Shown here: positions 32,686 to 42,926 of the stretch, in pieces | Layout: each line of letters opens with the position of its first letter | Position numbering within the stretch: the first letter of the stretch is position 1 | NCBI GenBank assembly: GCA_011364975.1 | Contig: RDOE01000004.1 | Location: 1 to 64,000 of the forward strand | DNA from: Promethearchaeota archaeon | GTDB taxonomy: Archaea > Asgardarchaeota > Lokiarchaeia > Sigyniarchaeales > SOKP01 | Direction of reading: 5' to 3' | DNA: 64,000 nt | Program-made: the position numbers and the translations under genes | Notes under the pieces: model-generated | Seen by the model: only the letters and a program-made list of their open reading frames with translations | The model's database searches: none | Told to the model about the DNA's origin: nothing

Positions 32686-33603
32686 TTAATCTTCCTCCAT
32701 AGCCCTTTTCTGAATTTTAGCATATTCTTCTGAATATTCGGGTTTACTATTATCGTATCGAAATTCACCGATAATATATCGATTAAATAGTTCATCATCG
32801 TCCATAAATCTTGCTTGATTTTTTCTTACGCTATTTCGTTTAATCCAATCGATCATTTTTCCTCCTGTATCCATTTTACTACCTTGAATACCTAAATATT
32901 CAGCACCTAAACTATCAAGATTTTTACTCCCAAAATATGTTAAACAAGGAGTAATGACTTCAATTATAGAAGTACCTTTATGGTTTAATGCTTTTCTAAA
33001 GTATTTCATAAGAGTTCGCGGATGTGCTACTGTTATTCTCGCAATATACGATGCACCTGCGGCTAAAGCTAATTTCACAGCATCACTTCTATTTTCGAAG
33101 GTTTTATAAGTGGAAGTAGTGCTTTTTGAGCCATACAACGTGGTTGGGGCACCTTGACCACCTGTCATACCATAGATACTGTTATTAAATATAAGGATAA
33201 CACAATCAACATTTCTACGGCAAATATGAATGAAGTGATTTCCTCCAATTCCTAGACTATCCCCATCACCTGTGAATATGATAGGTTTTAATTTAGGGTT
33301 TGCTAATTTAATACCTGTAGCTATTGCTGGTGCTCGACCGTGTAATGCAAAAATTTTTTGAGAATTGTGATGTGCAAGTGTAACTAATTGGGTATAACAA
33401 CCAATTCCTATAATTAATGGAAAGGATAAAGGATCTAATTTATCATCCTCAAATACCCGAGTAAATAGGTGACCAATAATACCATATCCACACCCCGCAC
33501 AAAAAAGAGAATTATAACTGCCAAAAAGAAATCCTCCAAACGAATGTTGGACATATGGATGATCTGGTTTCTCTGTGGGATATCTTGGACCTAAACCTGA
33601 CAT
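32686..33603 (-). CDS. 2-oxoacid:ferredoxin oxidoreductase beta (TPP-binding) subunit
   Basis: FCAGCG, GIGC, LHGRA, GDGD..GIGGNH, NNSIYGMTGGQ. Confidence 0.92.
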   Translation of the reverse strand: MSGLGPRYPTEKPDHPYVQHSFGGFLFGSYNSLFCAGCGYGIIGHLFTRVFEDDKLDPLSFPLIIGIGCYTQLVTLAHHNSQKIFALHGRAPAIATGIKLANPKLKPIIFTGDGDSLGIGGNHFIHICRRNVDCVILIFNNSIYGMTGGQGAPTTLYGSKSTTSTYKTFENRSDAVKLALAAGASYIARITVAHPRTLMKYFRKALNHKGTSIIEVITPCLTYFGSKNLDSLGAEYLGIQGSKMDTGGKMIDWIKRNSVRKNQARFMDDDELFNRYIIGEFRYDNSKPEYSEEYAKIQKRAMEED

Positions 33604-34787
33604 TATTTTGATACCTCCTTAATAACATTTAAAATCTCTTCTGGATGATGAAACTCACCCACTTTGGGAATTTTAACTATTGGAATTTCAAGTTTCTTAA
33701 CTCTTTCTACTTGCTCAGCAATAAATCCTGTATAATTTAATTCAGGTACAATGATTGCTTTGGCATTTTTTATAACCTCCCTAACTTTTTTATCAGGAAA
33801 TGGCCATACTGTTACTAACCTAAATATTCCAACTTTTATTCCCTGCTCCCTTGCAATATCAACAGCTCGATAACTAGCTCTCACGGGCAGCCCGTAAGCT
33901 ATAATAATTATTTCTGCATCCTCTAATCTATATTCTTCAGTTATCGAAATTTTATCGATATTGGAAATTATTTTTTCAATTAACATTTCCATAAACTCTA
34001 ATGAATTAGATGTTGGAAGTCCTGCATAATTGTGGGGTAGATGAAGAGATGTAGGTGGGAAATATTCCGTACCGGCTATTGGAGTCTTTGGGATAACATA
34101 CTGACCAGTCATATCATCTTTATAAGAAAAAAATTTTGTATAATCTTGAGGTAGTTCACGCTTAATCACTTTCTTAATTATTTCTTCTTTCGGAGGAATA
34201 TAAACTGGTTCATGAAGATGTCCTAAATAAGCATCAGAGACAATAAATACAGGGCATCGATAAGTTTCCGCAAAATTGAAAGCTGTTATGGTTAATTCGA
34301 AAAGTTCTTGGCAGTTCATTGGTGCGAGTGCGATGACTTGAAACTCTCCATGACCTGCAAAACGTATTAATCCTAAATCGTTATGGTGAGGTGAAGTAAC
34401 AGGTCCATGACTACCAGGGCCAACGCGTTGAACATCACACAAAACAAAAGGAATTTCAAGATTTGCCGCCATTGAGATCGTTTCAACCATTAAAGAAAGA
34501 CCAGGACCCGAAGTTGCTGTCATTGCTTTTACACCGGCTAAGGATGCTCCAATAACAGCATTGATTGATGCTAATTCATCTTCCATTTGAATACAACTTC
34601 CACCAACTTCTGGTAACCGTTTAGTGAGATGCTCTATAACCTCAGTTGAAGGTGTTATTGGATAACCTCCAAAAAAGTTCAAACCTGCAGCTAATGCACC
34701 TTCTGACATAGCTACGTTCCCCATCATGACATATTTACCTTCTGGTAGATACCTTTTATTATTCTTTATACTCATCTTTTTTCTCAC
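33603..34787 (-). CDS. 2-oxoacid:ferredoxin oxidoreductase alpha subunit
   Basis: GYPITPSTE, QMEDELAS, TATSGPGLSLM, VQRVGPG. Confidence 0.92.
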   Translation of the reverse strand: MRKKMSIKNNKRYLPEGKYVMMGNVAMSEGALAAGLNFFGGYPITPSTEVIEHLTKRLPEVGGSCIQMEDELASINAVIGASLAGVKAMTATSGPGLSLMVETISMAANLEIPFVLCDVQRVGPGSHGPVTSPHHNDLGLIRFAGHGEFQVIALAPMNCQELFELTITAFNFAETYRCPVFIVSDAYLGHLHEPVYIPPKEEIIKKVIKRELPQDYTKFFSYKDDMTGQYVIPKTPIAGTEYFPPTSLHLPHNYAGLPTSNSLEFMEMLIEKIISNIDKISITEEYRLEDAEIIIIAYGLPVRASYRAVDIAREQGIKVGIFRLVTVWPFPDKKVREVIKNAKAIIVPELNYTGFIAEQVERVKKLEIPIVKIPKVGEFHHPEEILNVIKEVSK

Positions 34788-34791
34788 CTTG

Positions 34792-35073
34792 TTATGTTTT
34801 AGCTTTTTTATTTTTTATTTCTTCCTTATTTAAGACGTAAATACACCAATCAGGACATCCAAATTCACATCTTCTACATGCAGTACAATAGTTAGCTTTT
34901 CCTTCTTTTACTCGAGGAATATAGGCAATTCGCATATTTAATTCATTACTGAGCTCTAAAATACCTGTGGGGCAAACGGAAATACACATTTGACATCCTC
35001 CACAGCGATCTTTATTAAGAAATAATGTGAATTTCTTTTCTTCATTTTCCAATAATTTTGGAATTATCATCAA
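34792..35073 (-). CDS. 2-oxoacid:ferredoxin oxidoreductase delta subunit (2x[4Fe-4S] ferredoxin)
   Basis: CGGCQMCISVCP and CTACRRCEFGCP. First gene of the operon. Confidence 0.88.
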   Translation of the reverse strand: MMIIPKLLENEEKKFTLFLNKDRCGGCQMCISVCPTGILELSNELNMRIAYIPRVKEGKANYCTACRRCEFGCPDWCIYVLNKEEIKNKKAKT

Positions 35074-35210
35074 CTCAGTTAATACTTTAATAGGTTATTA
35101 AATATTTTAGATGTTATAAATTTCAATTAATTTAATATTAAGTATTACCAGATATAAGCTTAAATAAAATAATATCAAATCTTTTTTTAAAACTACAACT
35201 TAATCTAACT

Positions 35211-35951
35211 ATGACGAAATTAATCTTCTTAGGGTGCTTATCAAATTCAAGATATAAGGATACCTGTACCAATGCTATAAAGATTATCAAAACCATAGAT
35301 TCAGATTACAATGTAATCGAAAATACTCCTTGCTGTGGAGCGTTGGCATATAACACTGCAAATGAAGAAGATTTAGAAACTCATGTAAAATTCGTGAATG
35401 ATTGGTTTAAATTAAACAATGTTTCTAAAATTGTCACCATTTGCGCCGGGTGTTATAATTACCTTACTAAGTATTACCCTTTAATATTAGAGTCGGAATT
35501 TAATATAGACGTAAAACATCTATTACAATTTATTTCAATTCCAGAGAATTTAAAGAAACTTAACCTAAGTTATGGTGATAAAAAAATTAAGGTAAGTTAT
35601 CACGACGCATGTCATTTAAGAAATGCAGTAAAACCTATTATTGAAGAACCTAGAACTATTTTAAACTCAGTTGAAAATATTGAAGTATTTGAGATGGAAA
35701 ATAATAAAGAAAGTAGTATTTGTTGTGGAGCAGGGGGTGGAGTATATTCTATTTTTAAAGAAAACTCAGATTATAATTCAAAGTTAATATTCGATCAATC
35801 TAAGAGAGCTAAAGCTCTATTAACGGCTTGCCCTTTCTGTTATACTGCTTTGAAAAGAGTAAAAGAGGAAAATGATCTCAAAAATCCTATTATTAAAATC
35901 GAAGACTTTATTGTAAAATTAATGGAAGGAGTTGATCCTATTAATGAGTGA
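35211..35951 (+). CDS. CCG-domain (LutA/HdrB/GlpC-like) Fe-S protein
   Basis: Two CCG motifs, CAGC, YHDACHL, ACPFC. Confidence 0.85.
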   Translation: MTKLIFLGCLSNSRYKDTCTNAIKIIKTIDSDYNVIENTPCCGALAYNTANEEDLETHVKFVNDWFKLNNVSKIVTICAGCYNYLTKYYPLILESEFNIDVKHLLQFISIPENLKKLNLSYGDKKIKVSYHDACHLRNAVKPIIEEPRTILNSVENIEVFEMENNKESSICCGAGGGVYSIFKENSDYNSKLIFDQSKRAKALLTACPFCYTALKRVKEENDLKNPIIKIEDFIVKLMEGVDPINE

Positions 35952-37245
35952 AAAGGGAAAAGAATTATATGAAAAAGTTAAGAAAAATATCAATACCTTA
36001 CAAACCGATGGTACATTAGAAAAAAAATTCGGTGACTTTTGGAAATTTGCCTGTACAATTAAAACTCGGCAACACGATATGAGATATTTATATGAAGATA
36101 CTAGTAGGGAATTTGTTGAGAGGTATAGGGAACGTTTGATAAAAATGAGGGAAGAATTTGTTGAGAATATGCAGGATTATGTGAAAAGATGCATTGATAT
36201 TATGACGAAAAATAATATGAAAGTACTCTATGCGAAAACAAATGAAGAAGCACAACAATTTTTTATGGAAGAATTAGGGGGTAGTAAGGTAATATATAAA
36301 TCTAAATCTGTTGAGGCCAAAGATATTGGAATAATCGATTTTTTAGAAAAAAATGACATTGAAATAAAGGAAACGGATTTGGGCGATGTACTTGTTCAAT
36401 TATTTGACTATAAATTACCCAGCTTTCAGGTAGGCCCTGGAGCCCATTTTACAGAAAAGGAAATTGCCGATAAATTAAAAGAAGTATACGGTGTAGAACT
36501 CGAACCTAAGGCGAAAGATATTGTTGAATATTTCCGAAAGACTTATCGAATTGAACTATTGAATAAAATTAAAATATCTTTAACTTCTGCTAATGCAATC
36601 TCCGCTGAAGATGGGACAATTGTGTTAGGTGAAAATGAAGGCAATATTAGCTTACTCACAAGAGCAACTGAAAAACATATTGTAGTGTGTGGGATAACTA
36701 AAATTGTTCCTACTCTGTTAGATGCTGTATTGGTGACTAAACTACAATCAAGAATTAACAATGTTTCCTTTAATTATATTAGTTTAATCTCAGGTCCCTC
36801 AAATACATCTGATATTCAAGGAACAAGTGTTCAAGGAATGTATGGTGCTAAAGAGGTGGTTGTAATCCTTGTAGATGATTGGAGAACTAAAGCCTTGGAA
36901 GAGAATCTTCTGTTCAAGGAGTTTTTAAAATGTATCGGTTGTCGAACTTGTAATTATGTTTGTACTGCTTCTCGCGCATTTGGAAACATTTACGCTTCGA
37001 AATATGGTCTTGGCTCCACTGCGATAATACGAGATTATATACATAATGGCATTGAATCTGCTGTAGCTGATGGGTTATATCTTTGTACTAATTGTGAGAA
37101 TTGTTATCATTGGTGTCCTATTTCACTGAACCTTGGTGAAATTATGAAATCTATGAAAAAAGAAGCGACGGAGAAGGGATTCTGTCCCCCACCTTTAAAA
37201 GAATATCAAGATAAAATCCTTAAAGAGAAAAATCCATTCAAATAA
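35944..37245 (+). CDS. LUD-domain + 4Fe-4S protein (LutB-like)
   Basis: ETDLG, ENEGN, ISGPSNTSDI, CIGCRTC..VC, CTNCENC..WCP. ATG at 35944 overlaps the upstream gene. Confidence 0.85.
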   Translation: MSEKGKELYEKVKKNINTLQTDGTLEKKFGDFWKFACTIKTRQHDMRYLYEDTSREFVERYRERLIKMREEFVENMQDYVKRCIDIMTKNNMKVLYAKTNEEAQQFFMEELGGSKVIYKSKSVEAKDIGIIDFLEKNDIEIKETDLGDVLVQLFDYKLPSFQVGPGAHFTEKEIADKLKEVYGVELEPKAKDIVEYFRKTYRIELLNKIKISLTSANAISAEDGTIVLGENEGNISLLTRATEKHIVVCGITKIVPTLLDAVLVTKLQSRINNVSFNYISLISGPSNTSDIQGTSVQGMYGAKEVVVILVDDWRTKALEENLLFKEFLKCIGCRTCNYVCTASRAFGNIYASKYGLGSTAIIRDYIHNGIESAVADGLYLCTNCENCYHWCPISLNLGEIMKSMKKEATEKGFCPPPLKEYQDKILKEKNPFK

Positions 37246-37257
37246 TTTAAGATTAAC

Positions 37258-38445
37258 CTATTTGCGATGCATATAATGAAACGGGTAAGTGGTATTTCTC
37301 CATATAGCTATATCATTAAATCCTAATTTTTCTGCTTGTGTTTTTTGTCCATTCATAATGCTTTTGATTTTTACCCAGAGAACTTCTGCAAGCTCTTCAA
37401 TAGACTTTTCGCCTTTTATGATTACACTAGCATCGATATCGATATTATTCCCCATCCATTCGCAGGTTTTTGGATTTCCGCATAATTTTATCACAGGTGC
37501 TACGGGATTTCCACAAGGACTACCTCTACCCGTTGTCATAAGTATAACCTGTGCTCCTGCTGCTGCTAAACCCGTCATAGATTCAATATCAAGTCCAGGT
37601 TCGTTCATTAAATGGAGACCATTAGATTTCGGTGCTTCTGAATATTCTAAAATTCCTTGAATAGGTGACTTCCCCGATTTTGCTATGTTTCCTAAGGACT
37701 TTTCTTCTATAGTTGATAATCCCCCTTCAATATTTCCAGGTGTTGGTTGCACACCTAAAAAATCTATTCCTAAGCGTTTAAGATGTTCTATAAAGCCATA
37801 AATAGTAGCATAAATTTTATCCGCGACATCTTTGTTTATCGCTCTTTTAACCAAAAGGTGTTCTGTTCCAATCCATTCAGTAAATTCAGGTAAAATAGAA
37901 GTTCCTCCTAATTCAACGACTCTATCAGAAATTAATCCCACTGTAGGATTAGCTGAGATCCCCGAAATCGAATCAGAGCCTCCACATTCTAAACCAAGGA
38001 CTAAATTAGAAAAATCAAAGGATTCCCGTTTTAAAGTGTTTGCTTCTTCTCTCATTTGATTTCCAAGCTTTATTCCATGCTTGATTGCAGCAATTGATCC
38101 TCCCTTTAAATCCTGAACATCAAAGAATTCAACAGGTTTTTTTGATCTTTGGATATTTTTCGCAAGAACTCTACTTTTTAAATTTTCACAACCTAATCCA
38201 ACAACGATAACTCCATAGATGTTTGGATTACTCCCCAGTCCTACTAGAGTTCGAAGTGTATTATTATAGTCTGGTCCAAATTGCCCGCAGCCTAGAGGAT
38301 GAGTGATTGCTACAGCATCATCAACCTTATTTGCAATTTGTTGAGTTATTTGATTGACACAAACTACTGAAGAAATAACTGCAATTTTATTCCTAATTCC
38401 TACTTTTCCTTTTGATCTTTCATATCCAAGAAATTCTTCCTTCAT
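37258..38445 (-). CDS. UxaA/GarD/SuyB-family dehydratase large subunit
   Basis: GIRN, HPLGC, GLGCE, LECGGSD, PTPGNIEGGLSTIEEKSLG, TTGRG. Confidence 0.88.
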   Translation of the reverse strand: MKEEFLGYERSKGKVGIRNKIAVISSVVCVNQITQQIANKVDDAVAITHPLGCGQFGPDYNNTLRTLVGLGSNPNIYGVIVVGLGCENLKSRVLAKNIQRSKKPVEFFDVQDLKGGSIAAIKHGIKLGNQMREEANTLKRESFDFSNLVLGLECGGSDSISGISANPTVGLISDRVVELGGTSILPEFTEWIGTEHLLVKRAINKDVADKIYATIYGFIEHLKRLGIDFLGVQPTPGNIEGGLSTIEEKSLGNIAKSGKSPIQGILEYSEAPKSNGLHLMNEPGLDIESMTGLAAAGAQVILMTTGRGSPCGNPVAPVIKLCGNPKTCEWMGNNIDIDASVIIKGEKSIEELAEVLWVKIKSIMNGQKTQAEKLGFNDIAIWRNTTYPFHYMHRK

Positions 38446-38726
38446 AGGTTTAAAACCTCTTTCAAATAATGACTAATAATATTATGTGTATGAATCCAAT
38501 CTCCAATCTTAATATCTTCGGTAGCTATCCCTATTATTTCTCCATACTTTTTGATAAGGTCACTTTTATTAATGTTTTCCAAAGCAAATTTATGCCCTAA
38601 CGGAATATTATGATTTAATTTAATTTTTCGATTCTCAAGTTCCAATTCTTCATTTTCTTCTAGATCTTCTAGAGTGGTTGCGCAATTGTCCTCTTGATGC
38701 ATTATTATAAACTTCTTATTCTTCAA
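38442..38726 (-). CDS. SAF-domain small subunit of UxaA/SuyA type
   Basis: DNCAT, IPLGHKFAL..I...IKKYGEIIG.A..DI..GDWIHTHN. Confidence 0.88.
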   Translation of the reverse strand: MKNKKFIIMHQEDNCATTLEDLEENEELELENRKIKLNHNIPLGHKFALENINKSDLIKKYGEIIGIATEDIKIGDWIHTHNIISHYLKEVLNL

Positions 38727-38946
38727 TTATATCACTTTAAACGAATAATAATAATGAATCTAATTATGAAAATGTAATAAATCATTCTAACCTCATTAAA
38801 TATAGAATAAAGTCATAAGAAATCGATGAGATTCTGCGTACATAACGCAAAACTGCATGATATTAATTGATATGAAAACACAAATCTTAATCAAAAATGA
38901 TATAAATTAAAGTATAATCTACATTATAAAATCAAAAATTAAATAG

Positions 38947-40797
38947 ATGATCTATAAAATGGCAAATGGATATATGGGTAAAATTTTATGGGTAAACCTT
39001 ACAGATGAAAGTTTTAAAGAAGAAGAATTATCAGAGAAGATTTATAGACAATATCTTGGAGGCTATGGTTTAGCTACTAAATTGATTTATCAAAATATGC
39101 CCGCAAAAATAGACGCGCTTTCTTCAGAATCAGTTTTTGGATTTTTTCCTGGATTATTAACTGGTACTGTAGCACCTTTATCAGGTCGTTTTATGGTTGC
39201 TGGGAAATCTCCATTAACCGGAACGTGGGGTGATTCAAACTGTGGGGGGTATTTTGGACCAGAAATAAAAAAGTGTGGGTATGATGCGATCTTAATAAAA
39301 GGAGCTGCAAAAACTCCCAAATACATCACTATTATAGATGATAAAAAGCAAATTTTAGATGCTAGTGATATATGGGGATTAGATGCAGTTCAGACGGAAG
39401 AGGCATTAAAAAGTAAGCATGGGAAGATTCAAGTTGCTAGTATTGGTCAATCTGGAGAGAATATATCACTAATCTCGGGAATAGTAAACGATAAAGCAAG
39501 AATAGCAGGAAGATCTGGTTTCGGAGCAGTAATGGGTTCCAAAAAATTAAAAGCTATCGTTCTTAAAGGGAATAAGACAGTTTCAAGTGCTGATAAAGAG
39601 TTATTACTTGAAAAGACTAAAACTTATAATGAACAAATTAAAGCAGCAACTGCAGGTGCTGTTGAAGCTTGGAGAACTTTAGGTACTACCTTTGGAAATG
39701 TTGTATCTTTTCAAATTGGAGATACTCCCTGTAAAAACTGGGGTGGTACTAAAGAAGATTTTCCCGAAGAAAAAGTTAACAAGATATCCGGAACAGAACT
39801 ACTAAAATACAAAGAGAAATCCTATGGTTGTTTTTCTTGTCCAGTTCAATGTGGAGCGATTATGAAAATTCCTGAAGCAAATATAGATGAAACTCACAGA
39901 CCAGAATATGAAACCTGTGCAAGCTTTGGGCATTTGCTATTAAATGATGATTTAAAGACCATCTTTATCGCAAATGACTTATGCAATAGAGCTGGATTGG
40001 ATACTATATCAGCGGGTGCAACAATTGCCTTTGCTATTGAATGTTTTGAGAATGGAATAATTGGAGTAGATGATACAGAAGGCATAATGCTTAAATGGGG
40101 AAATTCAGATGCAATTATCCAAATATTGAAAAAGATGATTGATCGAGAAGGTTTTGGTCATGTGTTAGCAGATGGAAGTAAAATTGCAGCAGAAAAAATT
40201 GGGAAAGGTAGTGAAAAATACGCGATCCAAGCTATGGGACAAGAATTGGGAATGCATTCTGCTAAATATTATAAAAGCATGGGTGCTGCTTTTGCGTTTG
40301 ATCCTACTCCCGGACGACATACTACTGCATGCTTGGACATGATCGCTGGAGGCCCCATTATTAAACCAGATGGATTATTTGAAGGCTTTACACTCCCAAA
40401 AAAATTCAAACGACCGGGAGAAGATCGAAGTGAGGCTGAAAAATTAATAGCAGGACTTTGGCAAAGCTTTAATAGTTTGGGTTTATGCGAATTCCTTGCA
40501 TTTTTCCAACAATATCCTTTAATTGCTTTCATCAAAGCAATTGTAGGATGGGATTTAACTATGGATGAGATTATTAAGATTGGATTAAGAATACAAAACT
40601 TACGACAAGCATTTACTTTAAGAGAAGGAGTTAAAATAATAGAAAGTAAAATATCCGAACGAGCCGTAGAAATTGATTATTTAGCGGATTATAAAGGATA
40701 TTGTGAAAAAATGGGATGGAATCCCGATACTGGATATCCATTACAAGAAACCTTAAAAAATCTTGATCTGGAATTTATTCTAAAAGATTTATATTAA
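38947..40797 (+). CDS. aor: Tungsten-dependent aldehyde:ferredoxin oxidoreductase family protein
   Basis: GYMGKILWVNLT, KSPLTG, GRSGFGAVMGSKKLKAI, CFSCPVQC, PEYET, GLDTIS. Confidence 0.92.
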   Translation: MIYKMANGYMGKILWVNLTDESFKEEELSEKIYRQYLGGYGLATKLIYQNMPAKIDALSSESVFGFFPGLLTGTVAPLSGRFMVAGKSPLTGTWGDSNCGGYFGPEIKKCGYDAILIKGAAKTPKYITIIDDKKQILDASDIWGLDAVQTEEALKSKHGKIQVASIGQSGENISLISGIVNDKARIAGRSGFGAVMGSKKLKAIVLKGNKTVSSADKELLLEKTKTYNEQIKAATAGAVEAWRTLGTTFGNVVSFQIGDTPCKNWGGTKEDFPEEKVNKISGTELLKYKEKSYGCFSCPVQCGAIMKIPEANIDETHRPEYETCASFGHLLLNDDLKTIFIANDLCNRAGLDTISAGATIAFAIECFENGIIGVDDTEGIMLKWGNSDAIIQILKKMIDREGFGHVLADGSKIAAEKIGKGSEKYAIQAMGQELGMHSAKYYKSMGAAFAFDPTPGRHTTACLDMIAGGPIIKPDGLFEGFTLPKKFKRPGEDRSEAEKLIAGLWQSFNSLGLCEFLAFFQQYPLIAFIKAIVGWDLTMDEIIKIGLRIQNLRQAFTLREGVKIIESKISERAVEIDYLADYKGYCEKMGWNPDTGYPLQETLKNLDLEFILKDLY

Positions 40798-40860
40798 TCT
40801 TTTTTTCTCTTTTTTATGAAGCTAAACGGGATATAATAAAAAAAGAAAAAAAAAATTGAA
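40798..40860. terminator. Probable bidirectional archaeal oligo-T terminator region between convergent aor and ridA
   Basis: T-runs right after the aor stop and A-runs right before the ridA stop. Confidence 0.45.
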
Positions 40861-41238
40861 TTATAATACCGCTATAGCACTTACTTCTCTTAACATAGTT
40901 TCAAGAGGTAAATTTGAAACTTCAAGTGTTGCACGAGCTGGAAATTTCTCAGTTACCCCATTACCCTCGAAAAATTCTTTATAACTTCGATTCATTTCAC
41001 TAAAATCTTTTATATTTTTCAAATAAACTGTGGTATTGACAATATTAGACATCTTTCCTCCAGCCGCTTCCACAATTTTTTTAATTTTTTCTAGAGTAGT
41101 AGTGGTCTGTTCTTTAATATCTATAGCCCCTTGAGCAGGCCCTTGACCAGATATAAATAATAGATTTCCTACTTTAATTCCGGGGGTATAGGGTCCCGCA
41201 ACAGGAGTTCCGGGATTAATAATTTCTGAATCTGTCAT
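40861..41238 (-). CDS. ridA: RidA/YjgF enamine deaminase
   Basis: GPYTPG, LFISGQ, FPARAT (catalytic Arg). Confidence 0.88.
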   Translation of the reverse strand: MTDSEIINPGTPVAGPYTPGIKVGNLLFISGQGPAQGAIDIKEQTTTTLEKIKKIVEAAGGKMSNIVNTTVYLKNIKDFSEMNRSYKEFFEGNGVTEKFPARATLEVSNLPLETMLREVSAIAVL

Positions 41239-41372
41239 AATTGATTTTAATTCCTTCCACTTTTATACTATATTGAAGAAAATAAAGTAAAAAAGATATT
41301 AAATAAATCGAAAAAAATATTTGTTAGAATTCTTTTATAATTTTAATTTATTGAAATCAATTTTGTGATGAC

Positions 41373-42725
41373 ATGTCAAAGAAATTTACAACTAGTCCCA
41401 TACGCGGAATGGAAGATTATTATCCAGATGATTTGAGAGAAGAAAATTGGATAATAGAAATGATAAAGGACATTGCTGAACTATATAGTTATGAAGAATT
41501 TGAGAGTCCTCAATTAGAACCTATTGAAATTTTTGAAGCTAAATCTTCCGAGGAATTAGTCAATGAACAATCATTTATAGTGGAAAAAAAAGAAGGAGAA
41601 AGATTAATACTAATACCAGAATTAACTCCTTCTTTAGCTCGTATGATCGCCGCGAAAAGTCAAGAGCTTAAAAAACCAATAAGATGGTTTTCAGTCCCAA
41701 CATGCTTTCGTTATGAACGACCTCAAAGAGGTAGAAAAAGAAGCTTTAAACAGATAAATTTTGATATACTTGGTGAGGAGAGTCTCTATGGGGATTTAGA
41801 AATATTCAATATCATAATTGATATCTTCTCTCAATTTGGAGCAACTTCTGATCAATATCAAATCTTTTTTAATAATCGACGGTTCATAGATTCTTTATGT
41901 GAAATGATTTTGAAAATACCTAAAGATAAAATTCCATTAGTTTATAAAATCCTAGATAAAGCAGATAAAATGGAAGAGTCTGAATACGAAAAATACGTAT
42001 TAGATCATTTTAAAGATGAGATTATTATTCAAGGTATTTATAAATTAAAGGAAGCAGAAGACATAGATGACCTTTTAAATAATTTTGAAGATATCCCAAA
42101 AGAATTTTATAAATCGAAAGGTTATACTGAATTGATTTCATTTATAAAACTCCTAAAAGATGCAGATCTTTCAGAATATTGTACCTTTTCACCGAGTATC
42201 GTAAGAGGTCTAGATTACTATACAGGAATTGTTTATGAGGTTTTTGATACGGGAGAAGCAAATAGAAGAAGTATCTTTGGAGGCGGGAGATATGATGATC
42301 TAATTTCCCTTTATTCAGAAGAAAAGATAACTGGAACCGGATTTGGATTAGGGGTGCTAATGTTGTCCCTTTTCCTAAAAACATATAATCTAATTCCAGA
42401 AGATATCCGAAAAAAGGATTATTCAGACACAGTATATATCGCTTGCATTAATAAAGATGTCTCATCTTATGCTTTAAAGCTTGCTAAAATAGTAAGAAAC
42501 GAAGATTTTCCATGCATTATTGATTATCGATTTAATAACCTTAAAAACCAATTAGCAAAAGCGAATGAATTAGGTGTGTTAATTAGTTTAATTATCGGTC
42601 CTAAAGAAATGGAAGATAATGAAATAACCATAAAAGATATGAACTCAGAAAAACAGAAAACAATAAAGTTGGATAACTTGATTGACGAGATTTATAATAT
42701 TATTGATGAAAATAATGAAAGTTAA
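41373..42725 (+). CDS. hisS: Histidyl-tRNA synthetase
   Basis: RGMEDYYP, PELT, FRYERPQRGR, VRGLDYYTG, GGGRYD, and an anticodon-binding domain. Confidence 0.95.
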   Translation: MSKKFTTSPIRGMEDYYPDDLREENWIIEMIKDIAELYSYEEFESPQLEPIEIFEAKSSEELVNEQSFIVEKKEGERLILIPELTPSLARMIAAKSQELKKPIRWFSVPTCFRYERPQRGRKRSFKQINFDILGEESLYGDLEIFNIIIDIFSQFGATSDQYQIFFNNRRFIDSLCEMILKIPKDKIPLVYKILDKADKMEESEYEKYVLDHFKDEIIIQGIYKLKEAEDIDDLLNNFEDIPKEFYKSKGYTELISFIKLLKDADLSEYCTFSPSIVRGLDYYTGIVYEVFDTGEANRRSIFGGGRYDDLISLYSEEKITGTGFGLGVLMLSLFLKTYNLIPEDIRKKDYSDTVYIACINKDVSSYALKLAKIVRNEDFPCIIDYRFNNLKNQLAKANELGVLISLIIGPKEMEDNEITIKDMNSEKQKTIKLDNLIDEIYNIIDENNES

Positions 42726-42926
42726 ATTATCGTATTCTCTGTTTTCTTGAAAGGGTTACATATACCATATACAAAAAAGTAAGTACCTCATTAGAATCAA
42801 ATTTCTTTCTTCTCCCTTACTTTTTTATTATAACCATTAGATTTATATCGATTTAGATGTTTCGATGAACCATAAGTATCCATTTAGCTATATAACTCAT
42901 TTAATGCGTAGCAAGGAATAATTATA

